A DNA stretch of 64,000 bases from Eledone cirrhosa (taxonomy: Eukaryota), in NCBI GenBank assembly GCA_964016885.1, contig OZ024740.1, forward strand, positions 442,184,001 to 442,248,000. Reading direction: 5' to 3'. The notes below the pieces were generated by a model, which was not told the DNA's origin, made no database searches, and worked only from the letters and a program-made list of their open reading frames with translations. Positions 15,001 to 29,546 of this stretch are shown here, piece after piece; within the stretch, counting starts at the first letter, position 1; each line of letters opens with the position of its first letter. The position numbers were made by a program, and so were the translations under genes.

Positions 15001-18000
15001 TCAGGCTACAGCTTTCATATTATATAGTTTCTACAACAGACCACAACAGTCACCAAATGGGGAGACAGACATTATCAGGCTACAGCTGTCATATTATATA
15101 GTTTCTACAACAGACCACAACAGTCACCAAATGGGGAGACAGACATTATCAGGCTACAGCTGCCATATTATATAGTTTCTACAACAGACCACAACAGTCA
15201 CCAAATGGGGAGACAGACATTATCAGGCTACAGCTGCCATATTATATAGTTTCTACAACAGACCACAACAGTCACCAAATGGGGAGACAGACATTATCAG
15301 GCTACAGCTGCCATATTATATAGTTTCTACAACAGACCACAACAGTCACCAAATGGGGAGACAGACATTATCAGGCTACAGCTGCCATATTATATAGTTT
15401 CTACAACAGACCACAACAGTCACCAAATGGGAAGGCAGACATTATCAGGCTACAGCTGCCATATTATATAGTTTCTACAACAGACCACAACAGTTACCAA
15501 ATGGAGAAGACCGACATTATCAGGCTACAGCTGTCATATTATATAGTTTCTACAACAGACCACAACAGTCACGAAATGAGGAAGACAGACATTATCAGGC
15601 TACAGCTGTCATATTATATAGTTTCTATAACAGGACCACAACTGTCACCAAATGGGGAAGACAGACATTATCAGGCTACAGCTGTCATATTATATAGTTT
15701 CTATAACAGACCACAACAGTCACCAAATGGGGAGACAGACATTATCAGGCTACAGCTGCCATATTATATAGTTTCTGTAACAGACCACAACAGTCACCAA
15801 ATGGGGAAGACAGACATTATCAGGCTACAGCTGCCATATTATATAGTTTCTACAACAGACCACAACAGTCACCTAGTGGGGAAGGCAGACATTATCAGGC
15901 TACAGCTGTCATATTATATAGTTTCTACAACAGACCACAACAGTCACCTAGTGGGGAAGGCAGACATTATCAGGCTACAGCTGTCATATTATATAGTTTC
16001 TACAACAAACCACAACAGTCACCAAATGGGGAAGACAGACATTATCAGGCTACAGCTGTCATATTATATATTTTCTATAACATGACCACAACAGTCACCA
16101 AATGGGGAAGACAGATATTATCAGGCTACAGCTGCAATATTATATAGTTTCTACAACAGACCACAACAGTCACCTAGTGGGGAAGACAGACATTATCAGG
16201 CTACAGCAGTCATATTATATAGTTTCTATAACAGACCACAACAGTCACCAAGTGGGGAGGACAGACATTATCAGGCTACAGCTGTCATATTATATAGTTT
16301 CTATAACAGACCACAACAGCCACCAAATGGGGAAGACAGACATTATCAGGCTACAGCTGTCATATTATATAGTTTCTACAACAGACGACAACAGTCACCA
16401 AATGGGGAAGACAGACATTATCAGGCTACAGCTGACATATTATATAGTTTCTACAACAGACCACAACAGTCACCAAATGGAGAAGACAGACATAATCAGT
16501 CTACAGCTGCCATATTATATAGTTTCTATAACAGGACCACAACAGTCACCAAATGGGGAGACAGACATTTTCAGGCTACAGCTGCCATATTATATAGTTT
16601 CTATAACAGGACCACAACAGTCACCAAATGGGGAAGACAGACATTATCAGGCTACAGCTGTTATATTATATAGTTTCTACAACAGACCACAACAGTCACC
16701 AAATGGAGAAGACAGACATTATTAGGCTACAGCTGCCATATTATATAGTTTCTATAACAGGACCACAACAGTCACCAAATGGGGAGACTGACATTATCAG
16801 GCTACAGCTGCCATATTATATAGTTTCTACAACAGACCACAAAAGTCACCAAATGGGGAGACAGACATTATCAGGCTACAGCTTTCATATTATATAGTTT
16901 CTACAACAGACCACAACAGTCACCAAATGGGGAGACAGACATTATCAGGCTACAGCTGTCATATTATATAGTTTCTACAACAGACCACAACAGTCACCAA
17001 ATGGGGAGACAGACATTATCAGGCTACAGTTACCATATTATATAGTTTCTACAACAGAACACAACAGTCACCAAATGGGGAGACAGACATTATCAGGCTA
17101 CAGTTGCCATATTATATAGTTTCTACAACAGACCACAACAGTCACCAAATGGGGAGACAGACATTATCAGGCTACAGCTGCCATATTATATAGTTTCTAC
17201 AACAGACCACAACAGTCACCAAATGGGGAGACAGACATTATCAGGCTACAGCTGCCATATTATATAGTTTCTACAACAGACCACAACAGTCACCAAATGG
17301 GAAGACAGACATTATCAGGCTACAGCTGCCATATTATATAGTTTCTACAACAGACCACAACAGTTACCAAATGGAGAAGACAGACATTATCAGGCTACAG
17401 CTGTCATATTATATAGTTTCTACAACAGACCACAACAGTCACCAAATGGGGAAGACAGACATTATCAGGCTACAGCTGCCATATTATATAGTTTCTACAA
17501 CAGACCACAACAGTCACGAAATGAGGAAGACAGACATTATCAGGCTACAGCTGTCATATTATATAGTTTCTATAACAGGATCACAACAGTCACCAAATGG
17601 GGAGACAGACATTATCAGGCTACAGCTGCCATATTATATAGTTTCTGTAACAGACCACAACAGTCACCAAATGGGGAAGACAGACATTATCAGGCTACAG
17701 CTGCCATATTATATAGTTTCTACAACAGACCACAACAGTCACCTAGTGGGGAAGGCAGACATTATCAGGCTACAGCTGTCATATTATATAGTTTCTACAA
17801 CAGACCACAACAGTCACCTAGTGGGGAAGGCAGACATTATCAGGCTACAGCTGTCATATTATATAGTTTCTATAACAGGACCACAACAGCCACCAAATGG
17901 GGAAGACAGACATTATCAGGCTACAGCTGCAATATTATATAGTTTCTATAACAGACCACAACAGCCACCAAATGGGGAAGACAGATATTATCAGGCTACA

Positions 18001-21000
18001 GCTGTCATATTATATAGTTTCTATAACAGGACCACAACAGCCACCAAATGGGGAAGACAGACATTATCAGGCTACAGCTGCCATATTATATAGTTTCTAT
18101 AACAGACCACAACAGCCACCAAATGGGGAAGACAGATATTATCAGGCTACAGCTGTCATATTATATAGTTTCTATAACAGACCACAACAGCCACCAAATG
18201 GGGAAGACAGATATTATCAGGCTACAGCTGTCATATTATATAGTTTCTATAACAGGACCACAACAGTCACCAAATGGGGAAGACAGACATTATCAGGCTA
18301 CAGCTGTCATATTATATAGTTTCTATAACACACCCCAACAGTCACCAAATGGGGAAGACAGATATTATCAGGCTACAGCTGTCATATTATATAGTTTCTA
18401 GAACACAACTCAACAGTCACCAAATGGGGAAGACAGACATTATCAGGCTACAGCTGCCATATTATATAGTTTCTACAACAGACCACAACAGTCACCAAAT
18501 GGGGAAGACAGACATTATCAGGCTACAGCTGTCATATTATATAGTTTCTATAACAGGACCACAACAGTCACCAAATGGGGAAGGCAGACATTATCAGGCT
18601 ACAGCTGTCATATTATATAGTTTCTATAACAGACCACAACAGTCACCAAATGGGGAGACAGACATTATCAGGCTACAGCTGCAATATTATATAGTTTCTA
18701 TAACAGACCACAACAGTCACCAAATGGGGAGACAGACATTATCAGGCTACAGCTGTTATATTATATAGTTTCTACAACAGACCACAACAGTCACCTAGTG
18801 GGGAAGGCAGACATTATCAGGCTACAGCTGTCATATTATATAGTTTCTACAACAGACCACAACAGTCACCAAATGGGGAAGACAGACATTATTAGGCTAC
18901 AGCTGTCATATTATATAGTTTCTATAACAGACCACAACAGCCACCAAATGGGGAAGACAGATATTATCAGGCTACAGCTGTCATATTATATAGTTTCTAT
19001 AACAGGACCACAACAGTCACCAAATGGGGAAGACAGATATTATCAGGCTACAGCTGCCATATTATATAGTTTCTACAACAGACCACAACAGTCACCTAGT
19101 GGGGAAGACAGACATTATCAAGCTACAGCTGCCATATTATATAGTTTCTATAACACACCACAACAGTCACCAAATGGGGAAGACAGACATTATTAGGCTA
19201 CAGCTGTCATATTATATAGTTTCTACAACAGACCACAACAGTCACCAAATGGGGAAGACAGACATTATCAGGCTACAGCTGTCATATTATATAGTTTCTA
19301 CTACAGACCACAACAGTCACCAAATGGGGAAGACAGACATTATCAGGCTACAGCTGCCATATTATATAGTTTCTACAACAGACCACAACAGTCACGAAAT
19401 GAGGAAGACAGACATTATCAGGCTACAGCTGTAATATTATATAGTTTCTATAACAGGACCACAACAGTCACCAAATGGGGAAGACAGACATTATCAGGCT
19501 ACAGCTGCATATTATATAGTTTCTACAACAGACCACAACAGTCACCAAATGGGGAAGACAGACATTATCAGGCTACAGCTGTCATATTATATAGTTTCTA
19601 TAACAGGACCACAACAGTCACCAAATGGGGAAGACAGACATTATCAGGCTACAGCTGCCATATTATATAGTTTCTATAACACACCACAACAGTCACCAAA
19701 TGGGGAAGACAGACATTATCAGGCTACAGCTGTCATATTATATAGTTTCTATAACAGGACCACAACAGTCACCAAATGGAGAAGACAGATATTATCAGGC
19801 TACAGCTGCCATATTATATAGTTTCTACAACAGACCACAACAGTCACCTAGTGGGGAAGACAGACATTATCAGGCTACAGCAGTCATATTATATAGTTTC
19901 TATAACAGACCACAACAGTCACCAAGTGGGGAGGACAGACATTATCAGGCTACAGCTGTCATATTATATAGTTTCTATAACAGGACCACAACAGTCACCA
20001 AATGGGGAAGACAGACATTATCAGGCTACAGCTGTCATATTATATAGTTTCTATAACAGACCACAACAGCCACCAAATGGGGAAGACAGACATTATCAGG
20101 CTACAGCTGTCATATTATATAGTTTCTACAACAGGCCACAACAGTCACCAAATGGGGAAGACAGACATTATCAGGCTACAGCTGCCATATTATATAGTTT
20201 CTACAACAGACCACAACAGTCACGAAATGAGGAAGACAGACATTATCAGGCTACAGCTGTCATATTATATAGTTTCTATAACAGACCACAACAGTCACCA
20301 AATGGGGAAGACAGACATTATCAGGCTACAGCTGTCATATTATATAGTTTCTATAACAGACCACAACAGTCACCAAATGGGGAGACAGACATTATCAGGC
20401 TACAGCTGCCATATTATATAGTTTCTATAACAGACCACAACAGTCACCAAATGGGGAGACAGACATTATCAGGCTACAGCTGTTATATTATATAGTTTCT
20501 ACAACAGACCACAACAGTCACCTAGTGGGGAAGGCAGACATTATCAGGCTACAGCTGTCATATTATATAGTTTCTACAACAGATCACAACAGTCACCTAG
20601 TGGGGAAGGCAGACATTATCAGGCTACAGCTGTCATATTATATAGTTTCTATAACAGACCACAACAGCCACCAAATGGGGAAGACAGATATTATCAGGCT
20701 ACAGCTGTCATATTATATAGTTTCTATAACAGGACCACAACAGTCACCAAATGGGGAAGACAGATATTATCAGGCTACAGCTGCCATATTATATAGTTTC
20801 TACAACAGACCACAACAGTCACCTAGTGGGGAAGACAGACATTATCAAGCTACAGCTGCCATATTATATAGTTTCTATAACACACCACAACAGTCACCAA
20901 ATGGGGAAGACAGACATTATTAGGCTACAGCTGTCATATTATATAGTTTCTACAACAGACCACAACAGTCACCAAATGGGGAAGACAGACATTATCAGGC

Positions 21001-24000
21001 TACAGCTGTCATATTATATAGTTTCTACTACAGACCACAACAGTCACCAAATGGGGAAGACAGACATTATCAGGCTACAGCTGCCATATTATATAGTTTC
21101 TACAACAGACCACAACAGTCACGAAATGAGGAAGACAGACATTATCAGGCTACAGCTGTAATATTATATAGTTTCTATAACAGGACCACAACAGTCACCA
21201 AATGGGGAAGACAGACATTATCAGGCTACAGCTGCATATTATATAGTTTCTACAACAGACCACAACAGTCACCAAATGGGGAAGACAGACATTATCAGGC
21301 TACAGCTGTCATATTATATAGTTTCTATAACAGGACCACAACAGTCACCAAATGGGGAAGACAGACATTATCAGGCTACAGCTGCCATATTATATAGTTT
21401 CTATAACACACCACAACAGTCACTAAATGGGGAAGACAGACATTATCAGGCTACAGCTGTCATATTATATAGTTTCTATAACAGGACCACAACAGTCACC
21501 AAATGGAGAAGACAGATATTATCAGGCTACAGCTGCCATATTATATAGTTTCTACAACAGACCACAACAGTCACCTAGTGGGGAAGACAGACATTATCAG
21601 GCTACAGCAGTCATATTATATAGTTTCTATAACAGACCACAACAGTCACCAAGTGGGGAGGACAGACATTATCAGGCTACAGCTGTCATATTATATAGTT
21701 TCTATAACAGGACCACAACAGTCACCAAATGGGGAAGACAGACATTATCAGGCTACAGCTGTCATATTATATAGTTTCTATAACAGACCACAACAGCCAC
21801 CAAATGGGGAAGACAGACATTATCAGGCTACAGCTGTCATATTATATAGTTTCTACAACAGGCCACAACAGTCACCAAATGGGGAAGACAGACATTATCA
21901 GGCTACAGCTGCCATATTATATAGTTTCTACAACAGACCACAACAGTCACGAAATGAGGAAGACAGACATTATCAGGCTACAGCTGTCATATTATATAGT
22001 TTCTATAACAGACCACAACAGTCACCAAATGGAGAAGACAGACATTATCAGGCTACAGCTGTCATATTATATAGTTTCTATAACAGACCACAACAGTCAC
22101 CAAATGGGGAGACAGACATTATCAGGCTACAGCTGCCATATTATATAGTTTCTATAACAGACCACAACAGTCACCAAATGGGGAGACAGACATTATCAGG
22201 CTACAGCTGTTATATTATATAGTTTCTACAACAGACCACAACAGTCACCTAGTGGGGAAGGCAGACATTATCAGGCTACAGCTGTCATATTATATAGTTT
22301 CTACAACAGATCACAACAGTCACCTAGTGGGGAAGGCAGACATTATCAGGCTACAGCTGTCATATTATATAGTTTCTATAACAGACCACAACAGCCACCA
22401 AATGGGGAAGACAGATATTATCAGGCTACAGCTGTCATATTATATAGTTTCTATAACAGGACCACAACAGTCACCAAATGGGGAAGACAGATATTATCAG
22501 GCTACAGCTGCCATATTATATAGTTTCTACAACAGACCACAACAGTCACCTAGTGGGGAAGGCAGACATTATCAGGCTACAGCTGTCATATTATATAGTT
22601 TCTACAACAGACCACAACAGTCACCTAGTGGGGAAGACAGACATTATCAGGCTACAGCTGCCATATTATATAGTTTCTATAACACACCACAACAGTCACC
22701 AAATGGGGAAGACAGACATTATCAGGCTACAGCTGTCATATTATATAGTTTCTACAACAGACCACAACAGTCACCAAATGGAGAAGACAGACATTATCAG
22801 GCTACAGCTGCCATATTATATAGTTTCTATGACACACCACAACAGTCACCAAATGACGAAGACAGACATTATCAGGCTACAGCTGCCATATTATATAGTT
22901 TCTACAACAGACCACAACAGTCACCAAATGGGGAAGACAGACAATATCAGGCTACAGCTGTCATATTATATAGTTTCTATAACAGGACCACAACAGTCAC
23001 CAAATGGGGAAGACAGATATTATCAGGCTACAGCTGCCATATTATATAGTTTCTACAACAGACCACAAGAGCCACCAAATGGGGAAGACAGACATTATCA
23101 GGCTACAGCTGTCATATTATATAGTTTCTACAACAGACCACAACAGTCACCAAATGGGGAAGACAGACATTATCAGGCTACAGCTGTCATATTATATTGT
23201 TTGTACAACAGACCACAACAGTCACCAAATGGGGAAGACAGACATTATCAGGCTACAACTGCCATATTATATAGTTTCTACAACAGACCACAACAGTCAC
23301 GAAATGAGGAAGACAGACATTATCAGGCTACAGCTGTCATATTATATAGTTTCTATAACAGGACCACAACATTCACCAAATGGGTAAGACAGACATTATC
23401 AGGCTACAGCTGCCATATTATATAGTTTCTATAACACACCACAACAGTCACCAAATGGGGAAGACAGACATTATCAGGCTACAGCTGTCATATTATATAG
23501 TTTCTACAACAGACCACAACAGTCACCAAATGGAGAAGACATACATTATCAGGCTACAGCTGTCATATTATATAGTTTCTATAACACACCACAACAGTCA
23601 CCAAATGGGGAAGACAGACATTATCAGGCTACAGCTGCAATATTATATAGTTTCTACAACAGACTACAACAGTCACCAAGTGGGGAGGACAGACATTATC
23701 AGGCTACAGCTGTCATATTATATAGTTTCTATAACAGACCACAACAGCCACCAAATGGGGAAGACAGACATTATCAGGCTACAACTGTCATATTATATAG
23801 TTTCTACAACAGACCACAACAGTCACCAAATGGGGAAGACAGACATTATCAGGCTACAGCTGCATATTATATAGTTTCTACAAAAGACCACAACAGTCAC
23901 CAAATGGGGAAGACAGACATTATCAGGCTACAGCTGTCATAATATATAGTTTCTATAACAGACCACAACAGTCACCAAATGGGGAAGACAGACATTATCA

Positions 24001-27000
24001 GGCTACAGCTGCCATATTATATAGTTTCTATAACAGGAACACAACAGCCACCAAATGGGGAAGACAGACATTATCAGGCTACAGCTGCCATATTATATAG
24101 TTTCTATAACAGGACTACAACAGTCACCAAATGGGGAAGACAGACATTATCAGGCTACAGCTGCCATATTATATAGTTTCTATAACAGGAACACAACAGC
24201 CACCAAATGGGGAAGACAGACATTATCAGGCTACAGCTGCCATAATATATAGTTTCTATAACAGGACCACAACAGTCACCAAATGGAGAAGACAGACATT
24301 ATCAGGCTACAGCTGCCATATTATATAGTTTCTATAACAGGACTACAACAGTCACCAAATGGGGAAGACAGACATTATCAGGCTACAGCTGTCATATTAT
24401 ATAGTTTCTATAACAGACCACAACAGTCACCAAATGGGGAGACAGACATTATCAGGCTACAGCTGCCATATTATATAGTTTCTATAACAGACCACAACAG
24501 TCACCAAATGGGGAGACAGACATTATCAGGCTACAGCTGTTATATTATCTAATTTCGACAACAGACCACAACAGTCACCTAGTGGGGAAGACAGACATTA
24601 TCAGGCTACAGCTGTCATATTATATAGTTTCTACAACTGACCACAACAGTCACCTAGTGGGGAAGACAGACATTATCAGGCTACAGCTGTGATATTATAT
24701 AGTTTCTACAACAGACCACAACAGTCACCTAGTGGGGAAGACAGACATTATCAGGCTACAGCTGTCATATTATATAGTTTCTACAACAGACCACAACAGT
24801 CACCTAGTGGGGAAGGCAGACATTATCAGGCTACAGCTGTCATATTATATAGTTTCTATAACAGACCACAACAGCCACCAAATGGGGAAGACAGATATTA
24901 TCAGGCTACAGCTGTCATATTATATAGTTTCTATAACAGGACCACAACAGTCACCTAGTGGGGAAGACAGACATTATCAGGCTACAGCTGCCATATTATA
25001 TAGTTTCTATAACACACCACAACAGTCACCAAATGGGGAAGACAGACATTATCAGGCTACAGCTGTCATATTCTATAGTTTCTACAACAGACCACAACAG
25101 TCACCAAATGGAGAAGACAGACATTATCACGCTACAGCTGCCATTTTATATAGTTTCTATAACACACCACAACAGTCACCAAATGGGGAAGACAGACATT
25201 ATCAGGCTACAGCTGCCATATTATATAGTTTCTACAACAGACCACAACAGTCACCAAATGGGGAAGACAGACATTATCAGGCTACAGCTGTCATATTATA
25301 TAGTTTCTATAACAGGACCACAACAGTCACCAAATGGGGAAGACAGATATTATCAGGCTACAGCTGCCATATTATATAGTTTTTACAACAGACCACAACA
25401 GTCACCTAGTGGAGAAGACAGACATTATCAGGCTACAGCTGTCATATTATATATTTTCTATAACAGACCACAACAGTCACCAAGTGGGGAAGACAGACAT
25501 TATCAGGCTACAGCTGTCATATTATATAGTTTCTATAACAGACCACAACAGCCACCAAATGGGGAAGACAGACATTATCAGGCTACAGCTGTCATATTAT
25601 ATAGCTTCTACAACAGACCACAACAGTCACCAAATGGGGAAGACAGACATTATCAGGCTACAGCTGTCATATTATATAGTTTGTACAATAGACCACAACA
25701 GTCACCAAATGGGGAAGACAGACATTATCAGCCTACAGCTGCCATATTATATAGTTTCTACAACAGACCACAACAGTCACGAAATGAGGAAGACAGACAT
25801 TATCAGGCTACAGCTGTCATATTATATAGTTTCTATAACAGGACCACAACAGTCACCAAATGGGGAAGACAGACATTATCAGGCTACAGCTGTCATATTA
25901 TATAGTTTCTATAACAGGACCACAACAGTCACCAAATGGGGAAGACAGACATTATCAGGCTACAGCTGTCATATTATATAGTTTCTATAACAGACCACAA
26001 CAGTCACCAAATGGGGAGACAGATATTATCAGGCTACAGTTGCCATATTATATAGTTTCTATAACAGGACCACAACAGCCACCAAATGGGGAAGACAGAC
26101 ATTATCAGGCTACAGCTGCCATATTATATAGTTTCTATAACAGGACCACAACAGCCACCAAATGGGGAGACAGACATTATCAGGCTACAGCTGCCATATT
26201 ATATAGTTTATACAACAGACCACAACAGTCACCTAGTGGGGAAGACAGACATTATCAGACTACAGCTGTCATATTATATAGTTTATACAACAGACCACAA
26301 CAGTCACCTAATGGGGAAGACAGACATTATCAGGCTACAGCTGTCATATTATCTAATTTCTACAACAGACCACAACAGTCACCTAGTGGGGAAGACAGAC
26401 ATTATCAGGCTGCAGCTGTCATATTATATAGTTTATACAACAGACCACAACAGTCACCTAATGGGGAAGACAGACATTATCAGGCTACAGCTGTCATATT
26501 ATATAGTTTCTACAACAGACCACAACAGTCACCTAGTGGGGAAGGCAGACATTATCAGGCTACAGCTGTCATGTTATATAGTTTCTACAACAGACCACAA
26601 CAGTTACCTAGTGGGGAAGGCAGACATTATCAGGCTACAGCTGCCATATTATATAGTTTCTATAACAGGACCACAACAGCCACCAAATGGGGAGACAGAC
26701 ATTATCAGGCTACAGCTGCCATATTATATAGTTTATACAACAGACCACAACAGTCACCTAGTGGGGAAGACAGACATTATCAGACTACAGCTGTCATATT
26801 ATATAGTTTATACAACAGACCACAACAGTCACCTAATGGGGAAGACAGACATTATCAGGCTACAGCTGTCATATTATCTAATTTCTACAACAGACCACAA
26901 CAGTCACCTAGTGGGGAAGACAGACATTATCAGGCTACAGCTGTCATATTATATAGTTTCTACAACAGACCACAACAGTCACCTAGTGGGGAAGACAGAC

Positions 27001-28465
27001 ATTATCAGGCTGCAGCTGTCATATTATATAGTTTATACAACAGACCACAACAGTCACCTAATGGGGAAGACAGACATTATCAGGCTACAGCTGTCATATT
27101 ATATAGTTTCTACAACAGACCACAACAGTCACCTAGTGGGGAAGGCAGACATTATCAGGCTACAGCTGTCATGTTATATAGTTTCTACAACAGACCACAA
27201 CAGTTACCTAGTGGGGAAGGCAGACATTATCAGGCTACAGCTGTCATATTATATAGTTTCTATAACAGACCACAACAGCCACCAAATGGGGAAGACAGAT
27301 ATTATCAGGCTACAGCTGTCATATTATCTAATTTCTACAACAGACCACAACAGTCACCTAGTGGGGAAGACAGACATTATCAGGCTACAGCTGTCATATT
27401 ATATAGTTTCTACAACAGACCACAACAGTCACCTAGTGGGGAAGACAGACATTATCAGGCTACAGCTGTCATATTATATAGTTTCTACAACAGACCACAA
27501 CAGTCACCTAGTGGGGAAGACAGACATTATCAGGCTACAGCTGTCATATTATATAGTTTCTACAACAGACCACAACAGTCACCTAGTGGGGAAGACAGAC
27601 ATTATCAGGCTACAGCTGTCATATTATATAGTTTCTACAACAGACCACAACAGTCACCTAGTGGGGAAGACAGACATTATCAGGCTGCAGCTGTCATATT
27701 ATATAGTTTATACAACAGACCACAACAGTCACCTAATGGGGAAGACAGACATTATCAGGCTACAGCTGTCATATTATATAGTTTATACAACAGACCACAA
27801 CAGTCACCTAGTGGGGAAGGCAGACATTATCAGGCTACAGCTGTCATGTTATATAGTTTCTACAACAGACCACAACAGTTACCTAGTGGGGAAGGCAGAC
27901 ATTATCAGGCTACAGCTGTCATATTATATAGTTTCTACAACAGACCACAACAGTCACCTAGTGGGGAAGACAGACATTATCAGGCTACAGCTGTCATATT
28001 ATATAGTTTCTATAACAGACCACAACAGCCACCAAATGGGGAAGACAGATATTATCAGGCTACAGCTGTCATATTACATAGTTTCTACAACAGACCACAA
28101 CAGTCACCTAGTGGGGAAGACAGACATTATCAGGCTACAGCTGTCATATTATATAGTTTCTACAACAGACCACAACAGTCACCTAGTGGGGAAGACAGAC
28201 ATTATCAGGCTGCAGCTGTCATATTATATAGTTTCTACAACAGACCACAACAGTCACCTAGTGGGGAAGACAGACATTATCAGGCTACAGCTGTCATATT
28301 ATATAGTTTCTACAACAGACCACAACAGTCACCAAATGGGGAAGACAGACATTATCAGGCTACAGCTGCCATATTATATAGTTTCTACAACAGACGACAA
28401 CAGTCACCTAGTGGGGATACAGACGTTATCAACCTACAGCTGTCATATTGTGTAGTTTCTGTATA
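1..28465. repeat. 75-bp tandem satellite array (~380 monomers; 74- and 76-bp variants); runs off the left edge
   Basis: Consensus AAGACAGACATTATCAGGCTACAGCTG(T/C)CATATTATATAGTTTCTACAACAGACCACAACAGTCACCAAATGGGG repeats without interruption. The last monomer (~28415-28465) is degenerate. Confidence 0.99.
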
Positions 28466-28780
28466 ATAAAGCTATTATTAATATCCTAAGTGTGTTGGTC
28501 TGTTGGTCCGTATCCACACTTAACAACATAAACATATACAACATATAAAGCACAATTCCTCTTCTCTTTGCTCTAGATTATCTTTATCTCTCTGTGAAAG
28601 CCTAAAAGATTAGACATTAGACTTCTGGCTAAATGGTTGGCAGTTCATCTTCAATGCAACCATTTCACTGCTGGTTTGGTTGCTGATGTGGTTTAACCCC
28701 AAATTCAGAACAAGTATCCTTAATGAACAAAGGTATTCCAATCGAAACTTGTCAGTTTTGTAATAAGTATCTAAAATGTT

Positions 28781-28960
28781 GGTGGATTGGCAGTATCGGT
28801 AGAGGGTCTGACGCCATGCTTTGCAGCAAAGAGTTGCGGCCCTTTATGGTCTGAGTTCAAATCCCGCCGAGGTTAACTTTGCCTTTCATCCTTCGATAAA
28901 TAAAGTACCAGTAATACACTGAGATAATTGCTGGCCTTGTGCCAAAAGTAGAAACAATTA
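28781..28960 (+). mobile_element. tRNA-derived SINE, octopus-type with a Nin/Deu-like core, internally deleted
   Basis: A-box-like TGGCAGTATCGG and B-box GAGTTCAAATCCC (28853-28865). Core GAGGTTAACTTTGCCTTTCATCCTTCGATAAATAAAGTACCAG, tail GGCCTTGTGCCAAAAGTAGAAAC. Family recognised from memory, not by search. Confidence 0.75.
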
Positions 28961-29546
28961 TAATTTATTATAGACACTGCCATAGCCGAGTTGTTACGAA
29001 GTTCACCACGACATCTCGAGAACCTGCATAGCATCTTCATTATCTTTATCACAACCTCTGGTTGATCCAAGCATTGTGGCTAAAATTTTGAAGGTGGAAA
29101 CTGTGGTAGCCCATTAAAAGGACTGCACCTGAAATTCATGGGTTTACCCTCGTACTTCTCTGATTCTACCTCTGAAATACGATAAAGAGCACGTGTTTGT
29201 GGAATATACAAACATTTGTACCTTCATTAACAAATCTGACGTTCTGTGCTCATCGTCGAAACCGACTGAAGCTCTTTCGTCATAATTTGATCATGTCATG
29301 TAGTTTTCTCTTTAAGACAAAAGGTGAATAATTTGAGGAAAACTTGTCATACATTTCCAACATGGTGAACGATGACGAAGAAGTTCCTTCCTTGCTCTGT
29401 TTCAGGTAGAATACTACAATATCTATATTTCTTCCATTCACGTAAATAGCAACAATAGGTAGCATGTCATCAGAGAATATTATCTGCGAGAGACTATCGT
29501 CCTATCTTGGGAACATTCACCTCGAATCCGCTAAACTTCATAAACA

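Noticed and set aside
70-28466. Dozens of ORFs with MGKTDIIRLQL / GEDRHYQATA repeats as protein-coding genes
   Set aside because: They are translations of a 75-bp satellite. Frequent 74/76-bp monomers switch frames freely, and there is no unique N- or C-terminus.
28781-28870. tRNA gene
   Set aside because: A and B boxes are present but there is no cloverleaf, and the sequence continues into a SINE core.
29235-29280. Hammerhead-like CTGA...GAAAC
   Set aside because: The core is CTGACGT, not CTGANGA, and the stems do not form.
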